Shown one piece after another: positions 52,389 through 62,540 of a stretch of DNA of 64,000 nucleotides. Source of the stretch: Escherichia coli (GTDB taxonomy: Bacteria; Pseudomonadota; Gammaproteobacteria; Enterobacterales; Enterobacteriaceae); NCBI RefSeq assembly GCF_022846255.1, contig NZ_AP025682.1; one strand, given 5' to 3'. A model generated the notes under the pieces. That model searched no databases. It was given only the letters and a program-made list of their open reading frames with translations, and was not told the origin of the DNA. Position 1 is the stretch's first letter. Each line of letters begins with the position of its first letter. Position numbers and translations under genes: made by a program.

Positions 52389-53240
52389 GTGTTAATTATC
52401 GAAACCCTGCCGCTGCTGCGTCAGCAAATTCGCCGCCTGCGTATGGAAGGTAAGCGCGTGGCGCTGGTGCCCACCATGGGTAACCTGCACGATGGCCATA
52501 TGAAGCTGGTCGACGAAGCCAAAGCCCGCGCCGATGTGGTCGTCGTCAGTATTTTCGTTAACCCGATGCAGTTTGACCGCCCGGAAGATCTGGCACGTTA
52601 TCCACGGACCTTGCAAGAGGACTGCGAAAAGCTGAACAAACGTAAAGTGGATTTAGTTTTCGCGCCTTCGGTAAAAGAGATCTACCCGAACGGTACAGAA
52701 ACCCACACCTATGTTGATGTTCCCGGTCTTTCCACCATGCTGGAAGGTGCCAGCCGTCCGGGACATTTTCGCGGCGTTTCGACTATCGTCAGCAAGCTGT
52801 TCAATCTGGTCCAGCCGGACATCGCCTGCTTCGGTGAAAAAGATTTTCAGCAACTGGCGCTGATCCGCAAAATGGTTGCCGATATGGGCTTCGATATTGA
52901 GATTGTCGGAGTGCCGATTATGCGCGCGAAAGACGGTCTGGCGCTCAGTTCCCGTAACGGCTATCTGACGGCGGAACAACGTAAAATTGCGCCGGGTCTC
53001 TACAAAGTCTTAAGTTCAATTGCCGACAAATTGCAGGCTGGCGAACGGGATCTCGATGAAATTATTGCTATTGCCGGGCAAGAACTGAATGAAAAAGGTT
53101 TCCGCTCCGATGATATTCAGATTCGCGATGCCGACACATTGCTGGAGGTCTCTGAAAACAGCAAACGCGCAGTGATTCTGGTAGCCGCCTGGCTTGGCGA
53201 TGCTCGCCTGATCGACAACAAACTGGTCGAACTGGCGTAA
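52389..53240 (+). CDS. panC: pantothenate synthetase (pantoate-beta-alanine ligase)
   Basis: 283 aa ORF (GTG start) [41 protein letters not shown]. Confidence 0.96.
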
Positions 53241-53321
53241 TGCTTAACTGGCGCTACGGCTGATGGCGCCAGTTATTCATTGCCACGTTATCTGTAAGCA
53301 ATTATTCATATCGTAGACTAC

Positions 53322-54212
53322 TTAGTTAGAGTTAATTAGCTTATCAATCTCTGCAAGAGATAAAGCTGTCACCTCTGCAACGTCTTCCCGAGACATTCCT
53401 TTACTCAGAAGACGCAGGGCGAATTCCTGACTTACTTCCTGTCTTCCCTGCTGAATCCCCTTCTCTTCAAACCACTGCGCCAGCGTCATCATAGACTCCC
53501 CTCCCGTTTCCCTGTCTCTCACCACACCATAAAACAAATCCGCTTGTTCAGTATGACCGCGTTGCAGCATATAGTTTTGCATGGCAACTAACTGACTTCC
53601 GCTAGTGTACCCTTCGTCAATCAGCGTGACCAGTTGCTCCAGCAATAACATTAAGTCGCGCTGGCGAATATGTTTTTGCAGCAGTTCGAGAATCGCAATC
53701 CGCCGATGTTGCATGATTTCGTCATCCGGTGTGATAGTGATATCCACCAGCGGGAAAGGACTGTTATAGACGCGTCGCGCCAGCTCCGGCGAGTAAAACA
53801 TATCAAACCAGCACATTGAGAGCGGATAAGGTGTGGCCTCGCCCTGATAAAACAGAATCGGCACCACCAGCGGCAGCTTATCGTGATCCGCCTCCAGATG
53901 CCGGTGCATGGCGGCAATGGCATAGCGCATCATGCGAAAGGTCATTTTCTTATCCGGCTTGCTTTGATGTTCAATCACCACATGCAAATAACCGGGATTG
54001 CCCTGCATTTGTACGGAATAGAGTACGTCCGTGCTGTGTCCTTTCAGGCTTTCCTCAATAAAACTCCCCGACTCAAGATGCAGCGTGTCGAGGTCACACA
54101 GTTCGCGTAGCTCCGCTGGCAAATGGATATCCAGAAAGTCGCGAGCCGTTTCCGCATGCATTAAAAATTGTTTAAACACCGCATCATGCGGTGTGGTACT
54201 CGGTGCATCCAT
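53322..54212 (-). CDS. rpnC: recombination-promoting nuclease RpnC (YadD; Transposase_31 / PD-(D/E)XK family)
   Basis: 296 aa ORF MDAPSTTPHDAVFKQFLMHAETARDFLDIHLPAELRELCDLDTLHLESGSFIEE; characteristic Rpn/YhgA-like N-terminus; located between panC and panD. Confidence 0.88.
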   Translation of the reverse strand: MDAPSTTPHDAVFKQFLMHAETARDFLDIHLPAELRELCDLDTLHLESGSFIEESLKGHSTDVLYSVQMQGNPGYLHVVIEHQSKPDKKMTFRMMRYAIAAMHRHLEADHDKLPLVVPILFYQGEATPYPLSMCWFDMFYSPELARRVYNSPFPLVDITITPDDEIMQHRRIAILELLQKHIRQRDLMLLLEQLVTLIDEGYTSGSQLVAMQNYMLQRGHTEQADLFYGVVRDRETGGESMMTLAQWFEEKGIQQGRQEVSQEFALRLLSKGMSREDVAEVTALSLAEIDKLINSN

Positions 54213-54485
54213 CTTCCCTGCCTTCCGTGTTGTCTTGCGTGAAGGCAGTATCCAGTCAAGGTGTGCCGTCGTCAGCCGCCTCTTTAGTGTTTACCGAGCA
54301 GCGTTCAGATAAATTTCAATTGGTTACAGGCGTTACATGGCACGCTTCGGCACGGTACGCAAACTGCTGCTGCAAATGCCGTCAGATGAGTAGACACTAA
54401 ACAAAAATCGGGCAATACTGCGTGAGAATTTCCTCAAAGCAGGCATCGCCTGCTTCGTTAACGACAGGGTAGAAAGGTAGAAGTT

Positions 54486-54866
54486 ATGATTCGCACGATG
54501 CTGCAGGGCAAACTCCACCGCGTGAAAGTGACTCATGCGGACCTGCACTATGAAGGTTCTTGCGCCATTGATCAGGATTTTCTTGACGCAGCCGGTATTC
54601 TCGAAAACGAAGCCATTGATATCTGGAATGTCACCAACGGCAAGCGTTTCTCCACCTATGCCATCGCGGCAGAACGCGGTTCGAGAATTATTTCTGTTAA
54701 CGGTGCGGCAGCCCACTGCGCCAGCGTCGGCGATATTGTCATCATCGCCAGCTTCGTTACCATGCCAGATGAAGAAGCTCGCACCTGGCGACCCAACGTC
54801 GCCTATTTTGAAGGCGACAACGAAATGAAACGTACCGCGAAAGCGATTCCGGTACAGGTTGCCTGA
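54486..54866 (+). CDS. panD: aspartate 1-decarboxylase proenzyme
   Basis: 126 aa [40 protein letters not shown] (Gly24-Ser25 self-cleavage site). Confidence 0.97.
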
Positions 54867-54869
54867 TTG

Positions 54870-56099
54870 TTATCCCTGCGGCTGGTTACTCACCAGCCGC
54901 GACATCGTCTCCAGCGAATCCGTTCTTAAGATATAAAGTCGTTTTAGTAACAACGGATTATCCCCCGGTTTTACTTTGCCTTTCATGGTCGTCACCGCCA
55001 GGTGAAATCCGGCTTCTTTTGCTGCCTTCACGGCTTTGTCATTAAATCCGCCAAATGGATAAGAAAGATACAAAACATGTGGATTAAATTGCGCCAGAGC
55101 GCGGCGTGAACGTGCAAAATCAAACAGAATATTGTGCTCACTACGGCTCAGCAATATAGGCCGCCGATAACCATCTATCCGATGCAAAAAATGAGTATGT
55201 GACTGGAAATCAAATATATCGCGAATTTCGTTAAGTTCAGAAACGCTCATAAATTGCAGCGATTTTGGGTTCCATTTCTGCGGGTGACGTTTGATGCGCG
55301 AGGTAACAATAAACGCCGTCGCCTTCATACCATATTGTTTCAACACAGGATATGCATAGCGGCTCACCGACTTGAGGCCATCATCAAAGGTAATTACCAC
55401 CGCTCGCGCAGGGAGATTGATCTTATTCTTCACGTAACCTTCCAGCTGCGCCATGCTCAGTGTCGCGTATCCCCTGTCGCGCAGCCAGGCCATCTGGTTA
55501 TTGAAAGCGCGTACCGAGGTGGTCGTCGAAGTATGGCGAAAACGGGTGTTTTCTTCGTCGCGCAAAATATGGTGATAGGTTAGCACCGGCAAGCCATTAT
55601 CGGGTTGGGCATCCAGCGCGCTGATATAGGCCAGTCGATCGCCAATGCGGATCTGATACCAGGTTTGATTTAACCTGTCTTTCAGTTTATGCAAAATCGG
55701 GTAGCGCAAATTGTCCGCCAGTACTCCAAATGGCGCACTGCCCACACTCGGCGCGTTATAAACCGGCGTATCTTTCCAGGTTATTAAGTTCTGATTACTC
55801 AGCGGCTTGTTGAGGTCACCCAAACCATCTTCAACTTTTTGTCGCCCCTGAACCGGCTCGAGATGGCCTTTATCGATAAACCCTTTACCAAAGCCAAAAT
55901 TAAATACGTAATAACTTGCGGCAGTGGGCTCCACGGCAATGATTTGTCCGGCCCGAATATTCCCTACCGTCACCATTTTGTCGCCAATTTGCGCCCAGAC
56001 CGCGGCATTTTCGATGGTTTGCATATAACGGGCAGGTAACGCGGCACTGACACTTGCGGTAAACAGCATCAGCAGGAGAATAACAGCTTGTTTGTACAT
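54870..56099 (-). CDS. yadE: secreted polysaccharide deacetylase family protein YadE
   Basis: 409 aa ORF with signal peptide [20 protein letters not shown]-terminal NodB-type deacetylase region ([10 protein letters not shown]..., HTHFLHRID). Confidence 0.85.
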   Translation of the reverse strand: MYKQAVILLLMLFTASVSAALPARYMQTIENAAVWAQIGDKMVTVGNIRAGQIIAVEPTAASYYVFNFGFGKGFIDKGHLEPVQGRQKVEDGLGDLNKPLSNQNLITWKDTPVYNAPSVGSAPFGVLADNLRYPILHKLKDRLNQTWYQIRIGDRLAYISALDAQPDNGLPVLTYHHILRDEENTRFRHTSTTTSVRAFNNQMAWLRDRGYATLSMAQLEGYVKNKINLPARAVVITFDDGLKSVSRYAYPVLKQYGMKATAFIVTSRIKRHPQKWNPKSLQFMSVSELNEIRDIFDFQSHTHFLHRIDGYRRPILLSRSEHNILFDFARSRRALAQFNPHVLYLSYPFGGFNDKAVKAAKEAGFHLAVTTMKGKVKPGDNPLLLKRLYILRTDSLETMSRLVSNQPQG

Positions 56100-56162
56100 G
56101 AAAAAATAACCGAGGGTGAAACAACGCTTTTATTGTAGCAAAAGCGTCATCAGAATCGCGGG

Positions 56163-56603
56163 TTAATACTCATACAAATTATGTTTGAGGACGAAAGGCG
56201 GATTTTTTTGTTGTTGGTGCCAAAGACTACTCACCTCCGGCGCACCCAGTTCGACAATATGCTCGCGAAACGCTGAACTGGTCATGGTTTCACGGCAAGC
56301 CATCATCTGTTCAATTAACGGTAACGTGACACCAGAAATCACTTCGCAACGGGAGTGTTTGTGGCTTAATAATGAAGCCACGCGGTACGGTGGCGCTCCG
56401 GCTATATCGGTTAAAAAGATAACGCCCTCACCAGAGTCCGTTTCATGCAAGGCATCGCACATCATGCGGCTGAGCATATTAGAGCTTAATCCGCGCCAGA
56501 AATTCACGGCCCGGCACTGAAGAAGTGCCCCATGTTTTTTCTCCAGCGCATCCAGTAGCTCTTGCGCCCGGTCATCGTGACAGGTAATTACCCAACCTAA
56601 CAT
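56163..56603 (-). CDS. yadI: orphan PTS EIIA (mannose-family) homologue YadI
   Basis: 146 aa ORF MLGWVITCHDDRAQELLDALEKKHGALLQ; EIIA-Man-like N-terminus with His near residue 9. Confidence 0.85.
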   Translation of the reverse strand: MLGWVITCHDDRAQELLDALEKKHGALLQCRAVNFWRGLSSNMLSRMMCDALHETDSGEGVIFLTDIAGAPPYRVASLLSHKHSRCEVISGVTLPLIEQMMACRETMTSSAFREHIVELGAPEVSSLWHQQQKNPPFVLKHNLYEY

Positions 56604-56707
56604 CGCCTTCCTCCTTAGCCGAAAATCAGTCTACCCTGACCATTGTTGATAAAGGGTGATAGCCGTCAAAACTCCTCTCCCCCAAATCCAGAGGAGAGGA
56701 AATAGCC

Positions 56708-57478
56708 TTAGCTACGCAAACCACGTCCACGTTGGATCAGCGACCAACAGATCAAATAAAACGCCACAATAAAGACCACCAGTACGCCAAAGGTAGTGAC
56801 CAGCGGAACATCATTGATACCGAGGAAGCCGTAGCGGAAACCACTGATCATATAAACGATTGGGTTCAGGTGCGACAGCCCTTGCCAGAACGGCGGCAAC
56901 AAAGTCAGGGAGTAAAACACCCCGCCCAAATACGTGAGTGGCGTTAACACAAAGGTTGGCACCAGGCTGATGTCATCGAACGTTTTGGCAAACACGCCGT
57001 TCAGCAAACCCGCAAGGGAGAATAGCACCGCAGTGAGCACCAGGGTTAAGGCAACGAATACCCACGAATGCACCTGAAACGGCACAAAAAACAGTGAAAT
57101 TGCCGTCACCAAAATACCAACAAACAGACCACGCGCCACGCCACCACCGACATATCCGGCAATAATGACATGAGTCGGAACCGGCGCTACCAGCAGCTCT
57201 TCAATATTACGCTGGAACTTGGCACCAAAAAATGATGACGCGACGTTAGCGTAGGCGTTGGTGATCACCGACATCATGATCAGCCCCGGTACGATGAACT
57301 GCATGTAGCTGAAGCCATGCATATCGCCAATACGCGAACCAATCAGGTTACCGAAGATAATAAAGTAAAGGGTCATGGTGATGACTGGCGGCACCAGCGT
57401 CTGCACCCAGATACGCATAAAGCGATGGATCTCTTTCGCCCAGATGCTTTTTAGCGCCACCCAGTAAAGATGCATCAT
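56708..57478 (-). CDS. yadH: ABC-2 family transporter permease YadH
   Basis: 256 aa hydrophobic ORF MMHLYWVALKSIWAKEIHRFMRIWVQTLVPPVITMTLYFIIFGNLIG; 4-bp overlap with yadG. Confidence 0.88.
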   Translation of the reverse strand: MMHLYWVALKSIWAKEIHRFMRIWVQTLVPPVITMTLYFIIFGNLIGSRIGDMHGFSYMQFIVPGLIMMSVITNAYANVASSFFGAKFQRNIEELLVAPVPTHVIIAGYVGGGVARGLFVGILVTAISLFFVPFQVHSWVFVALTLVLTAVLFSLAGLLNGVFAKTFDDISLVPTFVLTPLTYLGGVFYSLTLLPPFWQGLSHLNPIVYMISGFRYGFLGINDVPLVTTFGVLVVFIVAFYLICWSLIQRGRGLRS

Positions 57479-58401
57479 GTGCGATCTCCTTGTTTTTCAT
57501 TAACCAGTGAAACAAACAGCTCTTCCAGACGGTTAGCTTTGTTACGCATACTTAATACCTGAATGCCCTGCTCACTTAACTGCGTAAATACGCTGTTGAT
57601 GCCCTGCTCACGCAGCACTTCAACTTCCAGCGTGGCGGTATCTACCAGTCGATACTGATAGCCATCGAGCTTCGGTAACGGACTTTTCGGTGCGAGATCG
57701 AGAATAAAGGTTTCTGATTTCAGCTTCGCCAGCAGCGCCTTCATCGAAGTATTTTCCACCAACTCACCGTGTTGAATAATGCCGATATTGCGGCACAGCA
57801 TTTCTGCTTCTTCCAGGTAGTGTGTGGTGAGAATGATGGTGGTGCCTTTGTCGTTTAAATCCTTCAAAAAGCCCCACATTGAGCGGCGAAGTTCAATATC
57901 CACGCCTGCGGTCGGTTCGTCGAGAATCAGTAGTTTAGGTTCATGCATTAACGCACGGGCAATCATTAAACGGCGCTTCATCCCGCCAGATAACATACGC
58001 GCACGTTCGTTGCGTTTTCCCCATAGATCGAGTTGTTTAAGATACTTTTCGCTGCGAATGTACGCTTCTTTGCGCTCCACACCGTAGTACCCTGCCTGAT
58101 TCACCACAATTTGCTGCACGGTTTCAAACGGGTTGAAGTTAAATTCCTGTGGCACCAGACCCAACTGACGTTTAGCGTTTACGACATCTTTCTCGAGATC
58201 GTAACCAAATACGCTGACCCGCCCGGAGGTTTTATTTACCAGAGAGCTGATAATACCGATAGTGGTCGATTTTCCGGCCCCGTTCGGCCCGAGAAGCGCA
58301 TAAAAATCACCCGCTTCGACCTGCAAATCGATTCCACGAAGCGCCTGAACGCCGCCTGGATAGGTTTTTTTAAGCTGTTGAAGTTCCAGTGCAATGGTCA
58401 T
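57475..58401 (-). CDS. yadG: ABC transporter ATP-binding protein YadG
   Basis: 308 aa ORF MTIALELQQLKKTYPGGVQALRGIDLQVEAGDFYALLGPNGAGKST (Walker A), LSGGMKRR signature. Confidence 0.9.
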   Translation of the reverse strand: MTIALELQQLKKTYPGGVQALRGIDLQVEAGDFYALLGPNGAGKSTTIGIISSLVNKTSGRVSVFGYDLEKDVVNAKRQLGLVPQEFNFNPFETVQQIVVNQAGYYGVERKEAYIRSEKYLKQLDLWGKRNERARMLSGGMKRRLMIARALMHEPKLLILDEPTAGVDIELRRSMWGFLKDLNDKGTTIILTTHYLEEAEMLCRNIGIIQHGELVENTSMKALLAKLKSETFILDLAPKSPLPKLDGYQYRLVDTATLEVEVLREQGINSVFTQLSEQGIQVLSMRNKANRLEELFVSLVNEKQGDRT

Positions 58402-58509
58402 AAATTTTTACTTACCTTACGTTCTTACACTTTATCTGTGGTTTAAATCGTCCCGGAGTTGCCCTATATTAGCCAAACGTAATTATTTGGTTACAGGTCG
58501 TTAACCTCC

Positions 58510-59172
58510 ATGAAAGACATAGATACACTCATCAGCAACAATGCACTATGGTCAAAAATGCTGGTGGAAGAGGATCCCGGGTTTTTTGAGAAACTGGCAC
58601 AAGCGCAAAAACCGCGCTTTCTATGGATTGGATGTTCCGACAGTCGCGTTCCTGCAGAACGTTTAACCGGTCTTGAGCCGGGCGAACTCTTTGTTCACCG
58701 TAATGTTGCTAACCTGGTCATTCACACCGACCTGAACTGCCTTTCCGTGGTTCAGTATGCAGTGGATGTACTCGAAGTTGAACACATTATTATCTGTGGC
58801 CACTACGGTTGCGGCGGCGTACAAGCCGCAGTTGAAAACCCAGAACTGGGGCTTATCAACAACTGGCTGCTGCATATCCGCGATATCTGGTTCAAACATA
58901 GCTCATTGCTCGGCGAAATGCCGCAAGAGCGCCGTCTGGATACCTTGTGTGAACTGAACGTCATGGAACAGGTGTATAACCTGGGCCACTCCACCATTAT
59001 GCAATCAGCGTGGAAACGCGGGCAGAAAGTTACCATTCACGGCTGGGCCTACGGCATTCACGACGGCTTGCTGCGTGATCTGGATGTCACAGCGACTAAC
59101 CGCGAAACCCTTGAGCAACGTTACCGTCACGGGATCTCCAACCTCAAGCTGAAACACGCCAACCACAAATAA
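58510..59172 (+). CDS. can: beta-class carbonic anhydrase 2
   Basis: 220 aa [53 protein letters not shown]. Confidence 0.96.
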   Translation: MKDIDTLISNNALWSKMLVEEDPGFFEKLAQAQKPRFLWIGCSDSRVPAERLTGLEPGELFVHRNVANLVIHTDLNCLSVVQYAVDVLEVEHIIICGHYGCGGVQAAVENPELGLINNWLLHIRDIWFKHSSLLGEMPQERRLDTLCELNVMEQVYNLGHSTIMQSAWKRGQKVTIHGWAYGIHDGLLRDLDVTATNRETLEQRYRHGISNLKLKHANHK

Positions 59173-59177
59173 AAATG

Positions 59178-59206
59178 CCATGCCGGATGCAACACATCCG
59201 GCAACT
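59178..59206. terminator. bidirectional terminator between convergent can and hpt
   Basis: GCCGGATGCAACACATCCGGC hairpin in the 40 bp spacer. Confidence 0.6.
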
Positions 59207-59212
59207 TCACAC

Positions 59213-59749
59213 TTACTCGTCCAGCAGAATCACTTTGCCGATATACGGCAGATGACGGTAACGCTGTGCGTAATCAATGCCGTAACCCACCACAAACTCA
59301 TCCGGGATCGAGAAACCGATAAATTCTACCGGGACGTTCACTTCACGACGGGACGGTTTATCCAGCAGCGTACAAATCGCCAACGACTTCGGTTCGCGCA
59401 GGCTTAAGATCTCACGCACTTTCGACAGTGTATTCCCCGAGTCGATGATATCTTCAACAATCAGCACGTCCTTGCCACGGATATCTTCATCCAGATCTTT
59501 GAGGATTTTCACATCACGGGTGGTGGACATGCCGCTACCGTAGCTGGAGGCGGTCATAAAGTCGACTTCATGAGATACCTGAACTTCACGGCACAGGTCC
59601 GCCATAAACATAAATGAGCCACGCAGCAGACCCACCAGCACCATATCGCTGCCGCTGTCTTTGTAACGCTCAGTAATCTGACGACCCAGTTCGGCGATAC
59701 GCGCTTTAATCTCCGCTTCGGGGATCATTACTTCTACAGTATGTTTCAT
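59213..59749 (-). CDS. hpt: hypoxanthine phosphoribosyltransferase
   Basis: Track ORF 203 aa (GTG) over-extended; canonical start [33 protein letters not shown] gives 178 aa. Start coordinate derived by in-frame arithmetic. Confidence 0.94.
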
Positions 59750-59954
59750 ATCTATAACCATATGATTTAAAAACAAATCACTTCGCACGGGCAGGTTTTG
59801 GCACCGCAACAAAGCGCAAGACACGCAGTATACCAGTAAAACTATTCATTCGCGGAATCTGTTAATAAAGCTCGAATTGTGATGACGATCACACATGTTA
59901 AAACCTATAATTAATTGCTACTAAAATATTAATGAATTGAAATGGTGTCTCTTT

Positions 59955-62345
59955 ATGGCAATTAACAATACCGGCTCGCGGCGATTACTCGTCACGCTAA
60001 CAGCCCTTTTTGCAGCGCTTTGCGGGCTGTATCTACTCATTGGCGGAGGCTGGCTGGTCGCGATTGGCGGCTCCTGGTACTACCCTATCGCTGGCCTTGT
60101 GATGCTCAGCGTCGCCTGGATGCTGTGGCGCAGTAAACGCGCCGCGCTTTGGCTGTACGCAGCCCTGCTGCTCGGCACTATGATTTGGGGCGTCTGGGAA
60201 GTTGGTTTCGACTTCTGGGCGCTGACTCCGCGCAGCGACATTCTGGTCTTCTTCGGCATCTGGCTGATCCTGCCGTTTGTCTGGCGTCGCCTGGTCATTC
60301 CTGCCAGCGGCGCAGTTGCCGCACTGGTGGTCGCACTGCTGATTAGCGGTGGTATCCTGACCTGGGCCGGATTTAACGATCCGCAGGAAATCAGCGGCAC
60401 CTTAAGCGCCGATACCACGCCAGCAGAAGCCATCTCCCCCGTTGCCGATCAGGACTGGCCTGCCTATGGTCGCAATCAGGAAGGTCAACGCTTTTCACCT
60501 CTGAAACAAATTAACGCTGATAACGTCCACAAGCTGAAAGAAGCCTGGGTGTTCCGTACTGGCGATGTGAAGCAGCCGAACGATCCGGGCGAAATCACCA
60601 ATGAAGTGACGCCAATTAAAGTGGGCGACACCCTTTACCTGTGTACCGCGCACCAACGTCTGTTTGCGCTGGATGCCGCCAGCGGCAAAGAGAAATGGCA
60701 TTACGATCCTGAGCTGAAAACCAACGAGTCCTTCCAGCATGTAACCTGCCGTGGCGTCTCTTATCATGAAGCCAAAGCAGAAACGGCCTCGCCAGAAGTG
60801 ATGGCGGATTGCCCGCGTCGTATCATTCTTCCGGTCAATGATGGTCGTCTGATTGCAATTAACGCTGAAAACGGCAAGCTGTGCGAAACCTTCGCCAATA
60901 AAGGCGTGCTCAATCTGCAAAGCAATATGCCGGACACCAAACCGGGTCTGTATGAGCCGACTTCGCCGCCGATTATCACCGATAAAACCATCGTGATGGC
61001 CGGTTCAGTCACCGACAACTTCTCAACCCGCGAAACGTCTGGCGTGATCCGTGGTTTTGATGTTAACACCGGGGAGCTGCTGTGGGCTTTTGATCCGGGC
61101 GCGAAAGATCCGAATGCGATCCCGTCTGACGAACACACCTTTACCTTTAACTCACCAAACTCGTGGGCACCAGCGGCCTATGACGCGAAGCTGGATCTGG
61201 TCTATCTGCCGATGGGCGTGACCACGCCAGATATCTGGGGCGGTAATCGCACACCGGAACAGGAACGTTATGCCAGCTCGATTCTGGCGCTGAATGCCAC
61301 TACCGGGAAACTGGCGTGGAGCTACCAGACCGTTCACCACGACCTGTGGGATATGGATCTTCCGGCACAGCCGACGCTGGCGGACATCACCGTTAATGGT
61401 CAGAAAGTGCCGGTCATTTATGCTCCGGCGAAAACCGGCAACATTTTTGTGCTCGATCGTCGCAATGGTGAACTGGTGGTTCCTGCCCCGGAAAAACCGG
61501 TTCCCCAAGGTGCTGCTAAAGGCGATTACGTGACCCCTACTCAACCCTTCTCGGAACTGAGCTTCCGTCCGACGAAAGATTTGAGCGGTGCGGATATGTG
61601 GGGAGCCACCATGTTTGACCAGTTGGTGTGCCGCGTGATGTTCCACCAGATGCGCTATGAAGGCATTTTCACGCCGCCATCTGAACAGGGTACGCTGGTC
61701 TTCCCGGGTAACCTGGGGATGTTCGAATGGGGCGGGATTTCCGTTGATCCGAATCGTGAAGTGGCGATTGCCAACCCAATGGCACTGCCGTTTGTTTCGA
61801 AACTGATCCCACGCGGTCCTGGTAACCCGATGGAACAGCCGAAAGATGCCAAAGGCACGGGTACGGAATCCGGCATCCAGCCGCAGTACGGTGTACCGTA
61901 TGGCGTCACGCTCAACCCGTTCCTCTCACCGTTTGGTCTGCCATGTAAACAGCCAGCATGGGGCTATATCTCGGCATTGGATCTGAAAACCAATGAAGTG
62001 GTGTGGAAGAAACGTATTGGTACGCCGCAGGACAGTATGCCATTCCCGATGCCTGTACCGGTGCCGTTCAATATGGGTATGCCGATGCTTGGCGGGCCAA
62101 TCTCCACGGCGGGTAACGTGCTGTTTATCGCCGCTACGGCAGATAACTACCTGCGCGCTTACAACATGAGCAACGGTGAAAAACTGTGGCAGGGTCGTTT
62201 ACCAGCGGGTGGTCAGGCTACGCCAATGACCTATGAAGTGAATGGCAAGCAGTATGTGGTGATCTCCGCAGGCGGTCACGGTTCATTTGGTACGAAGATG
62301 GGCGACTATATTGTGGCTTATGCGCTGCCGGATGATGTGAAGTAA
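59955..62345 (+). CDS. gcd: PQQ-dependent membrane-bound glucose dehydrogenase
   Basis: Start at Met7 of track ORF: MAINNTGSRRLLVTLTALFAALCGLYLLIGGGWLVAIGG, 796 aa; N-terminal 5-TM anchor plus PQQ beta-propeller. Confidence 0.95.
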   Translation: MAINNTGSRRLLVTLTALFAALCGLYLLIGGGWLVAIGGSWYYPIAGLVMLSVAWMLWRSKRAALWLYAALLLGTMIWGVWEVGFDFWALTPRSDILVFFGIWLILPFVWRRLVIPASGAVAALVVALLISGGILTWAGFNDPQEISGTLSADTTPAEAISPVADQDWPAYGRNQEGQRFSPLKQINADNVHKLKEAWVFRTGDVKQPNDPGEITNEVTPIKVGDTLYLCTAHQRLFALDAASGKEKWHYDPELKTNESFQHVTCRGVSYHEAKAETASPEVMADCPRRIILPVNDGRLIAINAENGKLCETFANKGVLNLQSNMPDTKPGLYEPTSPPIITDKTIVMAGSVTDNFSTRETSGVIRGFDVNTGELLWAFDPGAKDPNAIPSDEHTFTFNSPNSWAPAAYDAKLDLVYLPMGVTTPDIWGGNRTPEQERYASSILALNATTGKLAWSYQTVHHDLWDMDLPAQPTLADITVNGQKVPVIYAPAKTGNIFVLDRRNGELVVPAPEKPVPQGAAKGDYVTPTQPFSELSFRPTKDLSGADMWGATMFDQLVCRVMFHQMRYEGIFTPPSEQGTLVFPGNLGMFEWGGISVDPNREVAIANPMALPFVSKLIPRGPGNPMEQPKDAKGTGTESGIQPQYGVPYGVTLNPFLSPFGLPCKQPAWGYISALDLKTNEVVWKKRIGTPQDSMPFPMPVPVPFNMGMPMLGGPISTAGNVLFIAATADNYLRAYNMSNGEKLWQGRLPAGGQATPMTYEVNGKQYVVISAGGHGSFGTKMGDYIVAYALPDDVK

Positions 62346-62379
62346 GGCTTGCTCAGATTGCTGACAACGTGCGATTTGT

Positions 62380-62480
62380 TCATGCCGGATGCGGCGTGAA
62401 CGCCTTATCCGGCCTACAAAACATTTGCAAATTCAATACATTGCGCGTAGGCCTGATAAGCGTAGCGCATCAGGCAGTTT
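62380..62480. repeat. REP/BIME element (two inverted REP units) downstream of gcd
   Basis: GCCGGATGCGGCGTGAACGCCTTATCCGGCCTAC and inverted partner GTAGGCCTGATAAGCGTAGCGCATCAGGC; canonical repetitive extragenic palindromes between convergent gcd and cueO. Confidence 0.8.
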
Positions 62481-62540
62481 TGCGTTTGTCATCAGTTTCA
62501 TGCCCGGAGAGATCCGGGCATATTTCCGAATACGGTCTTT

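Noticed and set aside
53651..53923. 90-aa ORF inside yadD/rpnC on the same strand but a different frame
   Set aside because: Out-of-frame overlap with no start-site context or recognisable product; the in-frame C-terminal internal start is the more plausible candidate and is reported separately.
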